In this document: piece by piece, positions 41,720-59,428 of the stretch | How the letters are laid out: each line of letters begins with the position of its first letter | How positions within the stretch are numbered: position 1 is the stretch's first letter | Assembly (NCBI GenBank): GCA_964016885.1 | Contig: OZ024762.1 | Span: 8,742,001-8,806,000, forward strand | From: Eledone cirrhosa | Taxonomy: Eukaryota | DNA length: 64,000 nt | Reading direction: 5' to 3' | Notes under the pieces: generated by a model | Database searches by the model: none | What the model was told of the DNA's origin: nothing | The model's input: the letters and a program-made list of their open reading frames with translations, nothing else | Translations under genes and position numbers: made by a program

Positions 41720-41817
41720 GTAAAAAGTAAACAGAAATAACAACACAATCGGTACAGTATATGGAAGGGATATATTAGGTTAACGCTTGATATAGCAGGA
41801 ACAGGGTCTTAACGTTT
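41720..41817 (-). mobile_element. Family-D 3' segment starting just upstream of the HHR cleavage site
   Basis: Matches 56544-56640; begins AAACGTT-AAGACCC; (TA)n-rich on both sides. Confidence 0.75.
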
Positions 41818-41919
41818 TAAATATATATATATATATATATTATATTATATTAAATATATATATATATATTTATAAATAATATTAAATATATATATATATA
41901 TTTATATATTATATTATAT

Positions 41920-41975
<56 letters not shown>

Positions 41976-41982
41976 TATATTA

Positions 41983-42038
<56 letters not shown>

Positions 42039-42043
42039 TATAT

Positions 42044-42157
<114 letters not shown>

Positions 42158-42169
42158 ATACATATATAT

Positions 42170-42219
<50 letters not shown>

Positions 42220-42257
42220 ATATACTATATATATTATATATATATATACATATATAT

Positions 42258-42329
<72 letters not shown>

Positions 42330-43012
42330 TACACATATATAGATATATACATATATGACATTATATTAAATATATATATATATAATATAATATAAACATC
42401 ACCTCCTCTGCAGTTCGTAGCGAAATGGTGCCGTTTGCTTTAGTTGGTAAAACCTGAAGAAAATACGTCTAGAAAACACACAGGAAGTTGCAGACTCATT
42501 AAGCAAAATTAAAAAGAAAAGTTAATATCCAGCCTGGCTTTCTAACAGCAGAGGCGATTAACGAGAGAGATATGTCCTACAGCGTCTTTGATTAGAACAA
42601 TTTTTAAAAATATATATATATATATATATATTTTCTATTCTGTTTTATTTATTTATGTATTCGTTTATTTATTCAGTTATTTGTTTGTTTGTTTATCTAA
42701 TTCTATTTTATATTTATTTTTTACTTGTTACAGATAGACGATGAACTCTTCTGACTAATGAGGAAGGATCGGTCGATCGTCTGCCACGTTGAAATAAATA
42801 CTTATATAACATTAATATAAGATACAAAATATAGCATAAATATAAATATAAATGTATAGACATATACAAATATAAGTGTTTTTTTTTTTTCATATGTTTA
42901 TATATTTATGTAAATAAACAAATATGTGTGTTTGTGTTTGTGTGATTGTGTGAGTGAATGAGTGTCTATATGTGTGTGTGTGAGTGTGGGTGAGAAAAAG
43001 TGTTTGTTTGCT

Positions 43013-43137
<125 letters not shown>

Positions 43138-43263
43138 GTGTGTACAGACAACAGAGGTACATATGAGTGAGACAGGTAGAATGTAAGAAAGGAGTCGTTA
43201 TATATAATATATATATAACGTCTGCTATTTATTGTATGTATACACACACATATACATCTATAC

Positions 43264-43330
<67 letters not shown>

Positions 43331-43372
43331 CATACATATATATATCTATACACACACACAAACACACACATA

Positions 43373-43408
<36 letters not shown>

Positions 43409-43444
43409 CATACATATATATATATCTATACACACACACAGACT

Positions 43445-43516
<72 letters not shown>

Positions 43517-43620
43517 TATATGTGAATATGTATATATATGTCAACACACACATATATACATATATATATATATCAAAATATAAATATTTATGTGTGTGTG
43601 TATGTGCGTTTGTGCATACT

Positions 43621-43657
<37 letters not shown>

Positions 43658-43687
43658 GTGTGTGTGAGAGAAAGAGAGAGAGAGAGG

Positions 43688-43779
<92 letters not shown>

Positions 43780-44287
43780 TGTCGTATTAATAAAGCCTCA
43801 GATATTTTTAATGTTTTTTTCTCTATATTTATACATCTTTTTAGATATGAAGTCATATATATATATATATATATGGAATACTGTTGGCTTCTTGCTACAA
43901 TAATTTCTATACTTTTCATTTATATATATATATGTATATATATATGTTCTCGTGAACATATATATACTTTGTCAGATATATATTCATGATAATGTGTGTA
44001 TGTATGTATGTATGTATGTATGTATGTATGTATGTATGTATGTATGTATGTATGTATGTATGTATGTATGTATGTGTATACGTACATAAATGTATATATA
44101 GATATATAGATACACACTCACACATACACACACATATATATATATATATATGTATGTACAAATATATATTTATATGCATGTACGTATGTATATATATATA
44201 TGTAAATATATATATATGTATATATACATGTATGTATATCTATATATATATGTATATATATATATATATATATATTATAAATATATA

Positions 44288-44337
<50 letters not shown>

Positions 44338-45026
44338 TATATACATATATATAAATATGTGTACATATGTACATATATGTTTATGTATATATATATTTGA
44401 ATATATGTATATTATATACACACACACACACATATATATATATATGTATGTGTGTGTGTGTGTGTGTATATATGTATGTATGTATGTGTGTGTGTATGTG
44501 TGTGTGTGTATGTATGTGTGTGTATGTATGCGTGTGTATGTATGTGTGTGTTCCTTTGACTCTGTCAATTTTCTTTTACAGTTACCAGGCTATAAGGTGT
44601 GGATCTAAATTGATGAGGACAACGAACACCAGGTAATAAAACACACATACAAACATACACACATACATACACATACACTCACATACTCACACCTGCTCAT
44701 TCACATACACACATACACGCATAAGTATACACATACATTACACACACATATATACACACATACACACAGACATTCACACACACACCTGCATACACACACA
44801 CACACGCACATAGATATACACACTTATATACACACACACATATATGCACACACACACGCACATACATAAATCTGCACATACATATACACACATATATGCA
44901 CACACACATATATACACACAGACATACACATACCTGCACAAACACATAAACATACACACACAGACATACACATACCTGCACAAACACATAAACATACACA
45001 CACATTCACACCTCACAAACACACAC

Positions 45027-45088
<62 letters not shown>

Positions 45089-45240
45089 CAAGAAATGGTG
45101 GTCGATTCGGTAGAGACCTGAGAACATCTCATGTTTGTTCCGGATTTTTCCTTTCTGAGTTCAAATCCCAGGACTTCCAATTTCCTTTTCATCTTTTTAA
45201 GATCGATAAAGAAAGTATCAGCCTATTGCAGGTGCAGCCT

Positions 45241-46592
45241 CCTAATCTAAGGCTTTCTCACTCCTGTTGGAGGAGGAACCCCTTCCTGGTTGACCTCCAC
45301 CACTGGAGGAACCCCTTCCTGGTTGACCTTCCCCACTGGAGGAACCCCTTCCTGGTTGACCTCCACCACTGGAGGAACCCCTTCCTGGTTGACCTTCCCC
45401 ACTGGAGGAACCCCTTCCTGGTTGACCTTCCCCGTTGGAGGAACCCCTTCCTGGTTGACCTCCACCACTGGAGGAACCCCTTCCTTGTTGACCTCCACCA
45501 CTGGAGGAACCCCTTCCTGGTTGATCTTCCCCGTTGGAGGAACCCCTTCCTGGTTGATCTTCCCCGTTGGAGGAACCCCTTCCTGGTTGATCTTCCCCGT
45601 TGGAGGAACCCCTTCCTAGTTGACCTCCACCACTGGAGGAACCCCTTCCTGGTTGACCTTCCCCGTTGGAGGAACCCCTTCCTAGTTGACCTCCACCACT
45701 GGAGGAACCCCTTCCTGGTTGACCTTCCCCGTTGGAGGAACCCTTTCCTGGTTGACCTCCACCACTGGAGGAACCCCTTCCTGGTTGACCTTCCCCGTTG
45801 GAGGAACCCCTTCCTGGTTGACCTCCACCACTGGAGGAACCCCTTCCTGGTTGACCTCCACCACTGGAGGAACCCCTTCCTGGTTGACCTTCCCCGTTGG
45901 AGGAACCCCTTCCTGGTTGACCTCCACCACTGGAGGAACCCCTTCCTGGTTGACCTTCCCCGTTGGAGGAACCCCTTCCTGGTTGACCTCCACCACTGGA
46001 GGAACCCCTTCCTGGTTGACCTCCACCACTGGAGGAACCCCTTCCTGGTTGACCTCCACCACTGGAGGAACCCCTTCCTGGTTGACCTTCCCCACTGGAG
46101 GAACCCCTTCCTGGTTGACCTTCCCCGTTGGAGGAACCCCTTCCTGGTTGACCTCCACCACTGGAGGAACCCCTTCCTGGTTGACCTTCCCCACTGGAGG
46201 AACCCCTTCCTGGTTGACCTCCACCACTGGAGGAACCCCTTCCTGGTTGACCTCCACCACTGGAGGAACCCCTTCCTGGTTGACCTTCCCCGTTGGAGGA
46301 ACCCCTTCCTGGTTGACCTCCACCACTGGAGGAACCCCTTCCTTGTTGACCTCCACCACTGGAGGAACCCCTTCCTGGTTGATCTTCCCCGTTGGAGGAA
46401 CCCCTTCCTAGTTGACCTCCACCACTTCCTATATCTGGCCATACTAGGCCATGTGGGATCGAGGTATCGGGTCAGATCATCGCACAATCTAGCCTCTGGG
46501 AACCCTAGGGTCCTTCTCAGCTGCTATGATGTCTTCTCTGCTATTCTAATTGTCCAGCTGTTGTTTCTGAAACCCGGGTAGTGGCCAGCACA
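45241..46592 (-). mobile_element. RTE LINE 3' end whose last codons are expanded into a 33-bp minisatellite
   Basis: Minus: AGHYP/..NNSWTIRIAE..RRTLGFPEARLCDDLTRYLDPTWPSMARYRK(WWRSTRKGFLQ)n..QE*. Confidence 0.8.
45271..46425. repeat. 33-bp minisatellite, ~35 copies, three interspersed variants
   Basis: ggaggaaccccttcctggttgacc[tccaccac|ttccccac|ttccccgt]t. Confidence 0.97.
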
Positions 46593-46657
46593 TAGTAAAA
46601 TTATGAACGTAAACAAACAAACAAAAAAATTAATTAAAAATGCATTAGTTTATTTAT

Positions 46658-47310
46658 CAGTGATTCTCGCGGAACCCCTAGCGACCTCTTGCGGAATCTG
46701 AGGGTTGCTGGTCTAGAGTGTACCTCTGACGACTTCATGGGGTACATAAACCCATAGTGACCTCGTGCGGAACTTTAGGGTTGCTGGTCTAGAGTGTACC
46801 TCTGACGACTTCATGGGGTACATAAACCCATAGCGACCTCGTGCGGAACTTTAGGGTTGCTGGTCTAGAGTGTACCTCTGATGACTTCATGGGGTACATA
46901 AACCCATAGCAACCTCTTGTGGAACTTTAGGGTTGCTGGTCTAGAGTGTACCTCTGATGACTTCATGGGGTACATAAACCCATAGCAACCTCTTGTGGAA
47001 CTTTAGGGTTGCTGGTCTAGAGTGTACCTCTGATGACTTCATGGGGTACATAAACCCATAGCAACCTCTTGTGGAACTTTAGGGTTGCTGGTCTAGAGTG
47101 TACCTCTGATGACTTCATGGGGTACATAAACCCATAGCAACCTCTTGTGGAATCTTATGGTTGCTGGTCTAGAGTGTATCGCCGTCAACTTCATGAGGTA
47201 CATAAAACCCCCAGCGACCTCTTGCGGAACCTTAGAGTTCAACCTTAGAGAAACGCTGGTCTAGAGTGTACCGCTGTCTACTTCAAGGGTCACATAAAAC
47301 CTTTTAGCGA
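46658..47310. repeat. 76-bp tandem array (~7-8 copies), probably derived from a hAT/Charlie-like MITE end
   Basis: gtctagag recurs at 46711, 46787, 46863...; array begins CAGTGATTCTC..GCGGAACCCCT and ends GAGAAACGCTG-GTCTAGAG. Confidence 0.85.
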
Positions 47311-47749
47311 AAGCGTGGTAGACACTACCAAGTCACACTCGATTGCGAACGAACGCTGTGACATAGTAGAGTAGACTAGGACATGTGAGGAGAAATGGAA
47401 TGTATCGAGGTGTTGAAAGTGAGGTCGGGAAATAGAGAATTGTACACTAATTTTTCTATAATGCACATTCTACACACCGGATTTATACACCCTGAGAGAT
47501 ATGTCTTACACTATTAATGGAGGATGTTGTATATGTTGTAATGCCGTCGGTTTGCTCTTGAATTACAGGTATAGCTATAGATATACTCGTATATATACAT
47601 ATATATGCAAATATATATATATATGTATATATATAATATATTAACAAATGGAAACTATATTTATAAAACCATATTTATTTCATTATACATATTTCAAAAT
47701 ATAAAATACACACACACGCATAAATATATACATGCACATTCATATATAT

Positions 47750-47780
<31 letters not shown>

Positions 47781-47857
47781 CATATATATAAACACATATA
47801 CATACATGCACATTCATATATATACATACATACATACACATTCATACACACACACAC

Positions 47858-47907
<50 letters not shown>

Positions 47908-47931
47908 CAAGCAGGGAAAAGCGGACGTAAA

Positions 47932-48002
<71 letters not shown>

Positions 48003-48093
48003 GTACATACATGCGTATGTGATTCTATTCTACATTTCTACACAGAAATAAAACACATACCATATCGGTGAGAGACACATACAGACACACACA

Positions 48094-48178
<85 letters not shown>

Positions 48179-48307
48179 CTCTACACATACACATACACAA
48201 AACTGTAGCCAGCGAATAAACTTTGCAAGCTCTCACGAAACCAAACCCAGCATGGGTTGAAAACAAAAGTAATATATTAAAATATATATATATATATATA
48301 TATTAAA

Positions 48308-48345
<38 letters not shown>

Positions 48346-48713
48346 AAAGATCTGCGTCTGGATTTCTTCAAATTTTGAAATAACATAGTTTAACAGAACA
48401 AAACTTGAACAGGTCGTAACATTAGTGGTTGTTGCTAGGTTACTATCTTCAGAAATATCTGGAAAAAAATACGAGACGTGATATAGGTCTGTCAGAGTAT
48501 GTGTATGTACGTGTGTGTATATGTACGTGTGTGTATGTGTACGTGTGTGTATGTGTACGTGTGTGTAGGTGTACGTGTGTGTATATGTACGTGTGTGTAT
48601 GTATGTGTATATGTACGTGTGTGTATATGTACGCGTGTATAGGTGTACGTGTGTGTAGGTGTACGTGTGTGTATATGTATGCGTGTGTGTATATGCACGT
48701 GTGTGCATGTATG

Positions 48714-48768
<55 letters not shown>

Positions 48769-48819
48769 AAATGTATGAATGTAAATATATGTACATGTAC
48801 ACACACACATGTGTATATA

Positions 48820-48886
<67 letters not shown>

Positions 48887-49071
48887 TGTCTACATATATA
48901 TATGTATTTATATATATGTCTACATATATATATATATACATTGATGTCTGTATATATATAAACACACACACAGTAATCCTGAATTGAAAGACTTCGCCAG
49001 GTGGTGCTATTAAGTTAGACATGGCCTGGGCCAATACTGGCCAAAACATTTCAAAGTTATTCAAAGTTAAG

Positions 49072-49134
<63 letters not shown>

Positions 49135-49222
49135 GCGGCGATGAATTAGTTTAGCGAGGTTTTTTACAACACATACAACACATACAACACATACAACACA
49201 ACAGGAGGAAAAAATATAACAC

Positions 49223-49260
49223 CACTGACGATGTTGCAGATGTGCAACGAAAGAATTATG
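49223..49260 (+). ncRNA. Family-G-like hammerhead with weak stem I
   Basis: CA-CTGACGA-T GTTGCA GATG TGCAAC-GAAA-G AA T-TA-TG; the element ends at ~49473 with the family-G-type terminus gaccctccccaagtataacaata. Confidence 0.65.
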
Positions 49261-49466
49261 TAAATTATGTAAACTATATATATGTGTGTGTGTCTATATT
49301 GTATCTGTATCATTTTTGACCGTCGGTCAGTCAATGGCAACATTGAGGACCGAGTAAGTTAGATCGCAGATATAAAAGACAGCGAGAAGCGAAAACCAAC
49401 CAAACAGTGAGTGTGTTCTGTTATTAATTCTGGCAATATTACACAAATATGACCCTCCCCAAGTAT

Positions 49467-49568
<102 letters not shown>

Positions 49569-49698
49569 GTATATATAAATACATACATATATATATATAA
49601 ATACATATATATATAAATACATACATATATATATATAAATACATACATATATATATAAATACATACATACATATATAAATACATACATATATATATAA

Positions 49699-49792
<94 letters not shown>

Positions 49793-50610
49793 TAACTAAT
49801 GACAATTGGTAAAGCTGAAATGAAACTCAAGTTGTCTTTATTGGCAAAGATGATGACATGACATTTCCCAAGTATCACATTATATATATAAGCAAAATGA
49901 AGCAATACCATGCATCGCAAAATATGTCACATATCAGGCGATGCCTGTGTTTGAAGCTTTTTTTAAATAAGGAAATATAATAACTGCATGTACACATACA
50001 GATACAAACAATATGCACACGCACACATATAAGTCAAAATAATACACCTCCACACATACAATAACATCCGTACCTGCACACACATGCAGACATGTAGACA
50101 TACATATCTACCTAGCTGATGTTGCGTAAATTCCAGTGAGAAAGTCTTGTAACTATGTTAGAAACCGTAAAAAATTATAAATTGTAAAACCAGAAGAACA
50201 TACATGCATATATGCTAAGAGTACTGCAATCGCTTGTCAAATTATAGAGTTTGGTGCACTTTTAGGCTATGGCCAGCCACACAAACCTGTAACATATCCT
50301 GAATAAGCAATGGCTGTGCTTTGATGGTTTTTAAATGGAGAAATCCCTTGCACTTGGCCAATCCCACTTTCTGAGCATCGAAAACACTACCTAAAAAGGA
50401 GAACTGGTCAACATCATCGGATGCTTCCAAAGCCACGGGGTTTTTTTCAGTTTCCCTCTCCTAGAAAGGTGTTGTGACAACAACTGGGGGCCTTTCACTC
50501 CTAGGTGAAAAAAAAAATACATACATACATATATACATACACACATACATACATACATCCATGCATACATACATCCATGCATACATACATCCATGCATAC
50601 ATACATACAT

Positions 50611-51088
50611 TACTAGTGGAATTTTTGAAAATAAACTGCTACCAAATTAAGGTACAACTGGGCTGATATTGTTGTTTGGGACCACACATTGAAAACGTGC
50701 TCTGTTGTGGAAATCAGCTGCCCACTTGATGTCAACGTTGTAAGAAAAATACAAGAGAAGGAGGACATCTAAGGACCTTTGATGAGGAGTTTGCAGATCC
50801 ATTATCCAAGATACACCTTCAGCTTCATACCCATAATTATTGGTTATATACCAACAGGTTATATACCAAACCGCTTGGACCAAAGTATGACTGAACTTGG
50901 ATTTGAAGACAAAGAGTGCAGCTCCCTAATTCATAGTCTACAAATGGCTGCGGTAGCTGGCACCTTCAAAATTTGCAAAACATTCTTGCGATTCAAGGTA
51001 TGACAATTTCTTTTCTTTTACAACCTTGCCACCAGGAAGGTGGCCGGTCAAAAATATACTCGAAATTAAGAGAAAGAGAAAGATAAAA
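50611..51088 (+). mobile_element. R4/Dong-like non-LTR retrotransposon 3' fragment (restriction-like endonuclease domain)
   Basis: Y*WN...ATKLRYNWADIVVWD..LKTCSVVEISCPLDVNVVRKIQEKEDI*GPL...IPIIIG...ICKTFL; PD-(D/E)xK-type RLE; flanked by (CATA)n. Confidence 0.8.
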
Positions 51089-51103
51089 ACATACATACAT
51101 ACA

Positions 51104-51135
<32 letters not shown>

Positions 51136-51608
51136 CATATATATATACATACATACGTACGTACATACGTAAATACATACATATATACATTAATACATAC
51201 ATACACACACACAAACATACATACACACATACAAAAATATATACACACACACATACAAACATGCATACATAGATACACACATACATACACACATACATAC
51301 ATACATACAAACATACATACATACATGAATACATGCACACATACATGCATACATAGATGCACACATACATACATAGACACACACACATACAAACATACAT
51401 ACATACGCACACACATGCATACACACACACATGCATACATACATACACACACTATTGAAACAACAGCAGCCATTCAAGAAAGAAGAATTATCTAGAAAGG
51501 TCTTACTCAAGTTTTATCTTCTAAGTCTCTCCTTGGCCTCATTGTAAACAGACGACAGCGAATGATAGCAGACGGTAGTCACTTAATTTTTCCTGTTTTG
51601 TAGACACG

Positions 51609-54460
<2,852 letters not shown>

Positions 54461-54534
54461 AGAGAAATCGGTGAGGGGTAGACAGAAAATGAGAAGGAAT
54501 CAGAGAGTGAGAGGACAGAAGGAGAGAGTGAGAG

Positions 54535-54578
<44 letters not shown>

Positions 54579-55262
54579 TGAGAGAGGAATGAAAGCGAGA
54601 GAGAGAGGGAGAGAAAGGGAGAGAATGAAAGAGAGAGAGAGTGAGAGAATGAAAACGAGAGAAAGAGACAATGAAAGCGAGAGAGAGAGACAGGGAGAGA
54701 ATAAAAGCGAAAGAGAGAGAGAATGAGAGAGAGGGAGAGAGACAGGGAGAGAATAAAAGCGAAAGAGAGAGATTATGAGAGAGAGGGAGAGAGAGAATGA
54801 AAGCGAGAGCGGGAGAGAGAGAGTGGGTGTGTGGTGGCAGAGGAGAGAGGGAGAGAAAAATAGAGAAAGATAGATAACGACCTAAAGAAAGACAGAGAAA
54901 ATTCAATGAATGATAGAATAGAATAAACAATTTAATACAGGAAAGAAATATCGAATGAAAAATCGAATGAAAAATCGAATGAAAGAACGAATGAACGAAT
55001 GAATCATACGGAACGAAATAAAAATATAAGAAAGGACAGAAAGACGGAAGGAAACGTGAAAGGGATAATAAAGTAAGACAGACGGCAGACGACAAATGAC
55101 GGAAAGAAAAAAAAGTTAGAAGTGGATCTGTTTCCACGTTTCTGTCAGCGCTTTTCTTTGCTTTTCTTTGCAAATGCTTTGCTTTAGAACTCCAGCCATA
55201 ATAGGCTGTGTTGTTGTCTTTGTTGTATAACGTCGTCTGCTTCTTTGAAAAAGAAAAAAGAA

Positions 55263-55298
<36 letters not shown>

Positions 55299-55380
55299 AT
55301 AATAATGGTGAAAGATCGTCTGGTTCTGGTTTTAGTTTTTTGAATAATGTAAGATTGTCTGCGCTGTTAGAATTGTGTGA

Positions 55381-55470
<90 letters not shown>

Positions 55471-55528
55471 CTTGTGTAACAGTGCACAGGAACTGATAGA
55501 GACACGTACACACACACGCCCACACAAA

Positions 55529-55576
<48 letters not shown>

Positions 55577-55577
55577 T

Positions 55578-55617
<40 letters not shown>

Positions 55618-55618
55618 G

Positions 55619-55797
55619 TTTATCCCGGGTTAAATCGGGGGTAACCACAGTAAGTAAGGTACTCAATTCATAGCAGAGTATAAATATTTAATATAGAAAT
55701 GGCTTCTGCAGGACTAGAACTGTTTCATTTGGAGGAAATCATCAGGAAAGCCCTGCTGATTTCCTCCGAATGAAACAGTTCTAATCCTGTAAAAGCC

Positions 55798-55806
<9 letters not shown>
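55619..55806 (-). mobile_element. Family-A terminus with a fold-back; two mutated hammerheads (55701-55752 -, 55753-55797 +)
   Basis: Same architecture and same fold-back point as 28101-28292. Confidence 0.8.
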
Positions 55807-55834
<28 letters not shown>

Positions 55835-55844
55835 TATATGTTTA

Positions 55845-55882
<38 letters not shown>

Positions 55883-55883
<1 letters not shown>

Positions 55884-56642
55884 GTAAAAGATAAACAGAA
55901 ATAACAACACACTCGGTACAGTATATGGAAGGGATATATTAGGTTAACGCTTGATATAGCAGGAAGAGGGTCTTCACGTTTCGGACGCTAGTCCTTCATC
56001 AGAAGAAAGAATGAGAAATACGATAGATTGAGGGGTCAGGCAGGGTTGGGATTGGAAAAAATGTCTTTAGATAAAAATAACCGGTCCATTCATGTTGACA
56101 TATCTTGCAAAACTATATATATATTTATACACAGTACAATATGTTGCTGTGGACGGACCGACAGTAATTAAACTAACAACCACATCAGACTTGTTTTGCG
56201 AGGCAAGGGACTGTTGGACACCTTATGGGATTTATATACATAAATGAAAGGCCATCCCATAGGGGAAAATATCCAAAGTTGTGAGAGCAACAGATCTGTG
56301 AGACGTGTTGTGGTATATAGATATTTGATACTCTAACTATGCGGTAATACACACACACACACACACACACACTCACATATATAAATAAATAAATATACAT
56401 ACATACATCAACAGTTTTGATTGAGATGTCAACATGAATGGACTGTTATTTTTATCTAAAGACATTTTTTCCAATTCTATCCCGCCCGTCCCCTCAATCT
56501 ATCTTATTTCTCATTCTTTCTTCTGATGAAGGACTAGCGTCCGAAACGTTAAGACCCTCTTCCTGCTATATCAAGCGCTAACCTAATATATCCTTTCCAT
56601 ATACTGTACCGAGTGTGTTGTTATTTCTGTTTATCTTTTACA
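55883..56642. mobile_element. Family-D element with ~220-bp inverted pLTR-like arms, each carrying a hammerhead
   Basis: 55883-56103 is the reverse complement of ~56425-56642; HHR at 55971-56006(-, GUG site) and 56519-56554(+). Confidence 0.88.
56519..56554 (+). ncRNA. Minimal type I hammerhead (family D) with palindromic AACGTT stem III
   Basis: TCTT-CTGATGA-A GGAC TAGC GTCC-GAAAC-GTT-AAGA. Confidence 0.82.
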
Positions 56643-56650
56643 TACATACA

Positions 56651-56746
<96 letters not shown>

Positions 56747-56933
56747 TGTATATATATATAAGTGAGTTAGCCCATAGAAGTGACTGGAAGAAGGAAACCA
56801 GAAAGGCGATGTACAAGACAATTTCCCACAGACACACACATATCTTCACTCTCATCAGCTCTTAAACCTGCAAAATGGTTTCGCACAATTGAATGAAGAA
56901 TATGATTTTAGAATGCTGGATCGTGCAATAGAA

Positions 56934-57136
56934 AAATATATCTCTCTGCTGGTATGGTGTGTTGAGTCTGTGATAAAACAAACAGTACAAATAGAAGGCC
57001 GAAATATATCTCTCTGCTGGTACGATATGTTGTCTGTGATAAAATAAACAGTACAGATAGAAGGCCGAAATATATCTCTCTGCTGGTACGATATGTTGTC
57101 TGTGATAAAATAAACAGTACATATAGAAGGCCGAAA
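56934..57136. repeat. 66-bp tandem repeat, 3 copies
   Basis: aaatatatctctctgctggtacgatatgttgtctgtgataaaataaacagtacagatagaaggccg. Confidence 0.9.
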
Positions 57137-57299
57137 GAAAACAAAGCAAAGAAAATAACAGAATAGTGGACCTCAAACTGCGGTGTCTGTCCTAAATAGA
57201 AAACTAATCACAGAGAGCATTTGGTTGTTTTAACGATGAGTTTTCTCATTTTTATATACATTTAAATATGCTAATGTTTCATCTCGATCAGAGCCATCT

Positions 57300-57578
57300 T
57301 GTTTCTGTGACACAGAAACAAGATGGCGTAGGAGAGAAAAAAGGAGAGGCACAAAAACAAAGAAAAGAATCCCCAGTCACTGAAGAGGTCACAAAATGTG
57401 TGACGAAAGAACTTTGACAATATATAAACAACCATCTGGTTGTGGAACCAACCAACCAACCAACCAACCGGAAATTTATAAATTCCTAAATTTATAAATT
57501 TATTATAATAAATTGAAGTGAAAGCAACTGGTGCGTGTGTTTCTTATTGGCAACATGACCCTCCCAAAGTATAACAAT
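57300..57578 (+). mobile_element. Family-G element with a hammerhead at 57376-57418
   Basis: GTCA-CTGAAGA-G GTCACA aaatg TGTGAC-GAAA-GAAC-TT-TGAC; ends catgaccctcccaaagtataacaata(TA)n. Confidence 0.82.
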
Positions 57579-57611
57579 ATATATATATTAATATATATAT
57601 ATATGTATATA

Positions 57612-57670
<59 letters not shown>

Positions 57671-58074
57671 TAATATATATATATATATGTATCTATTAAT
57701 ATATATATATATATATCTATTAATATATATATATATATATCTATTAATATATATATATATATATCTATATATTAATATATATATATGTATATATTAATAG
57801 ATATATATATATATATATATGTATATATATTAATATATATATATATATATTATTAAAATATATATATATTATTAATATATATATATATATATTATTAATA
57901 TATATATATATATATATATATATTATTAATATACATATATATATACATGCATATATATATATACATATATATATATATACATATATATATACATATATAT
58001 ATATATACATATATACACATATATATACACATACATATATATATACATATATATATACATATATCTATACATTC

Positions 58075-58107
<33 letters not shown>

Positions 58108-58210
58108 CATATATACACATATATATACACATACATATATATATACATATATATATACATATATCTATACATTCATATATATATATATATATACATATAT
58201 CTATACATTC

Positions 58211-58243
<33 letters not shown>

Positions 58244-58358
58244 CATATATATACATATATACACATATATATACACATACATATATATATACATATATCT
58301 ATACATTCATATATATATATATATACATATATGTATATATACATTTATGTATACATAC

Positions 58359-58500
<142 letters not shown>

Positions 58501-58720
58501 CTGTGTGTATGTGTGTGTATTTTCGTCTGTATGTAAATATGTAGGCCAAAACAAATATGGGTTAGTGATTGATACAACTGAAACAGTGACATATCGATGT
58601 GATTGATGGCTACTTTCCACTAACTTATCTTCTGCCTTCTTCGATACATAATCGAATATTAAGGGAAATCAGCGAGAATAGATTATATCTCTGTATTCCA
58701 ATATTTCCCATCATAACCCC

Positions 58721-58830
<110 letters not shown>

Positions 58831-58836
58831 TATATG

Positions 58837-58884
<48 letters not shown>

Positions 58885-58980
58885 TATATGTATATATATA
58901 TATGTATATATATATATGTATGTATATGTAAGTATGTATGTATACGTACATACATATATGTATACAGACGTACAGTAGCA

Positions 58981-59032
<52 letters not shown>

Positions 59033-59121
59033 CAGGTACACATAATATATGTACGCATCAGTTTAGCGTACTAAGAGTGAGAAATGAAATTTCGTTTTCA
59101 TTTTATTACAACTTATATATG

Positions 59122-59201
<80 letters not shown>

Positions 59202-59248
59202 CATATATATATATATACATATATACATATATATATATGTATACATAT

Positions 59249-59294
<46 letters not shown>

Positions 59295-59357
59295 TTATAT
59301 ATCCTATACATATTCGTTTACCTTTCGCGCACAGAAACACTTATATGTATTTATATG

Positions 59358-59428
<71 letters not shown>

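Noticed and set aside
45226-46581. 451-aa and 409-aa repeat-protein genes
   Set aside because: A 33-bp stop-free unit inside a decayed RTE 3' end explains the openness; no evidence of expression
46720-47120. CTGATGA/CTGACGA in each 76-bp unit as a tandem hammerhead
   Set aside because: No stem II-GAAA-stem III-NUH follows the motif
48385-48460. Minus-strand CTGAAGA-GTAAC..GTTAC degenerate hammerhead (similarly 29177 +)
   Set aside because: GAAA and stem III are missing; at best decayed, cannot be supported
56185-56350. Interior of the family-D element as a GIY-YIG remnant
   Set aside because: Resemblance is too weak to call by eye
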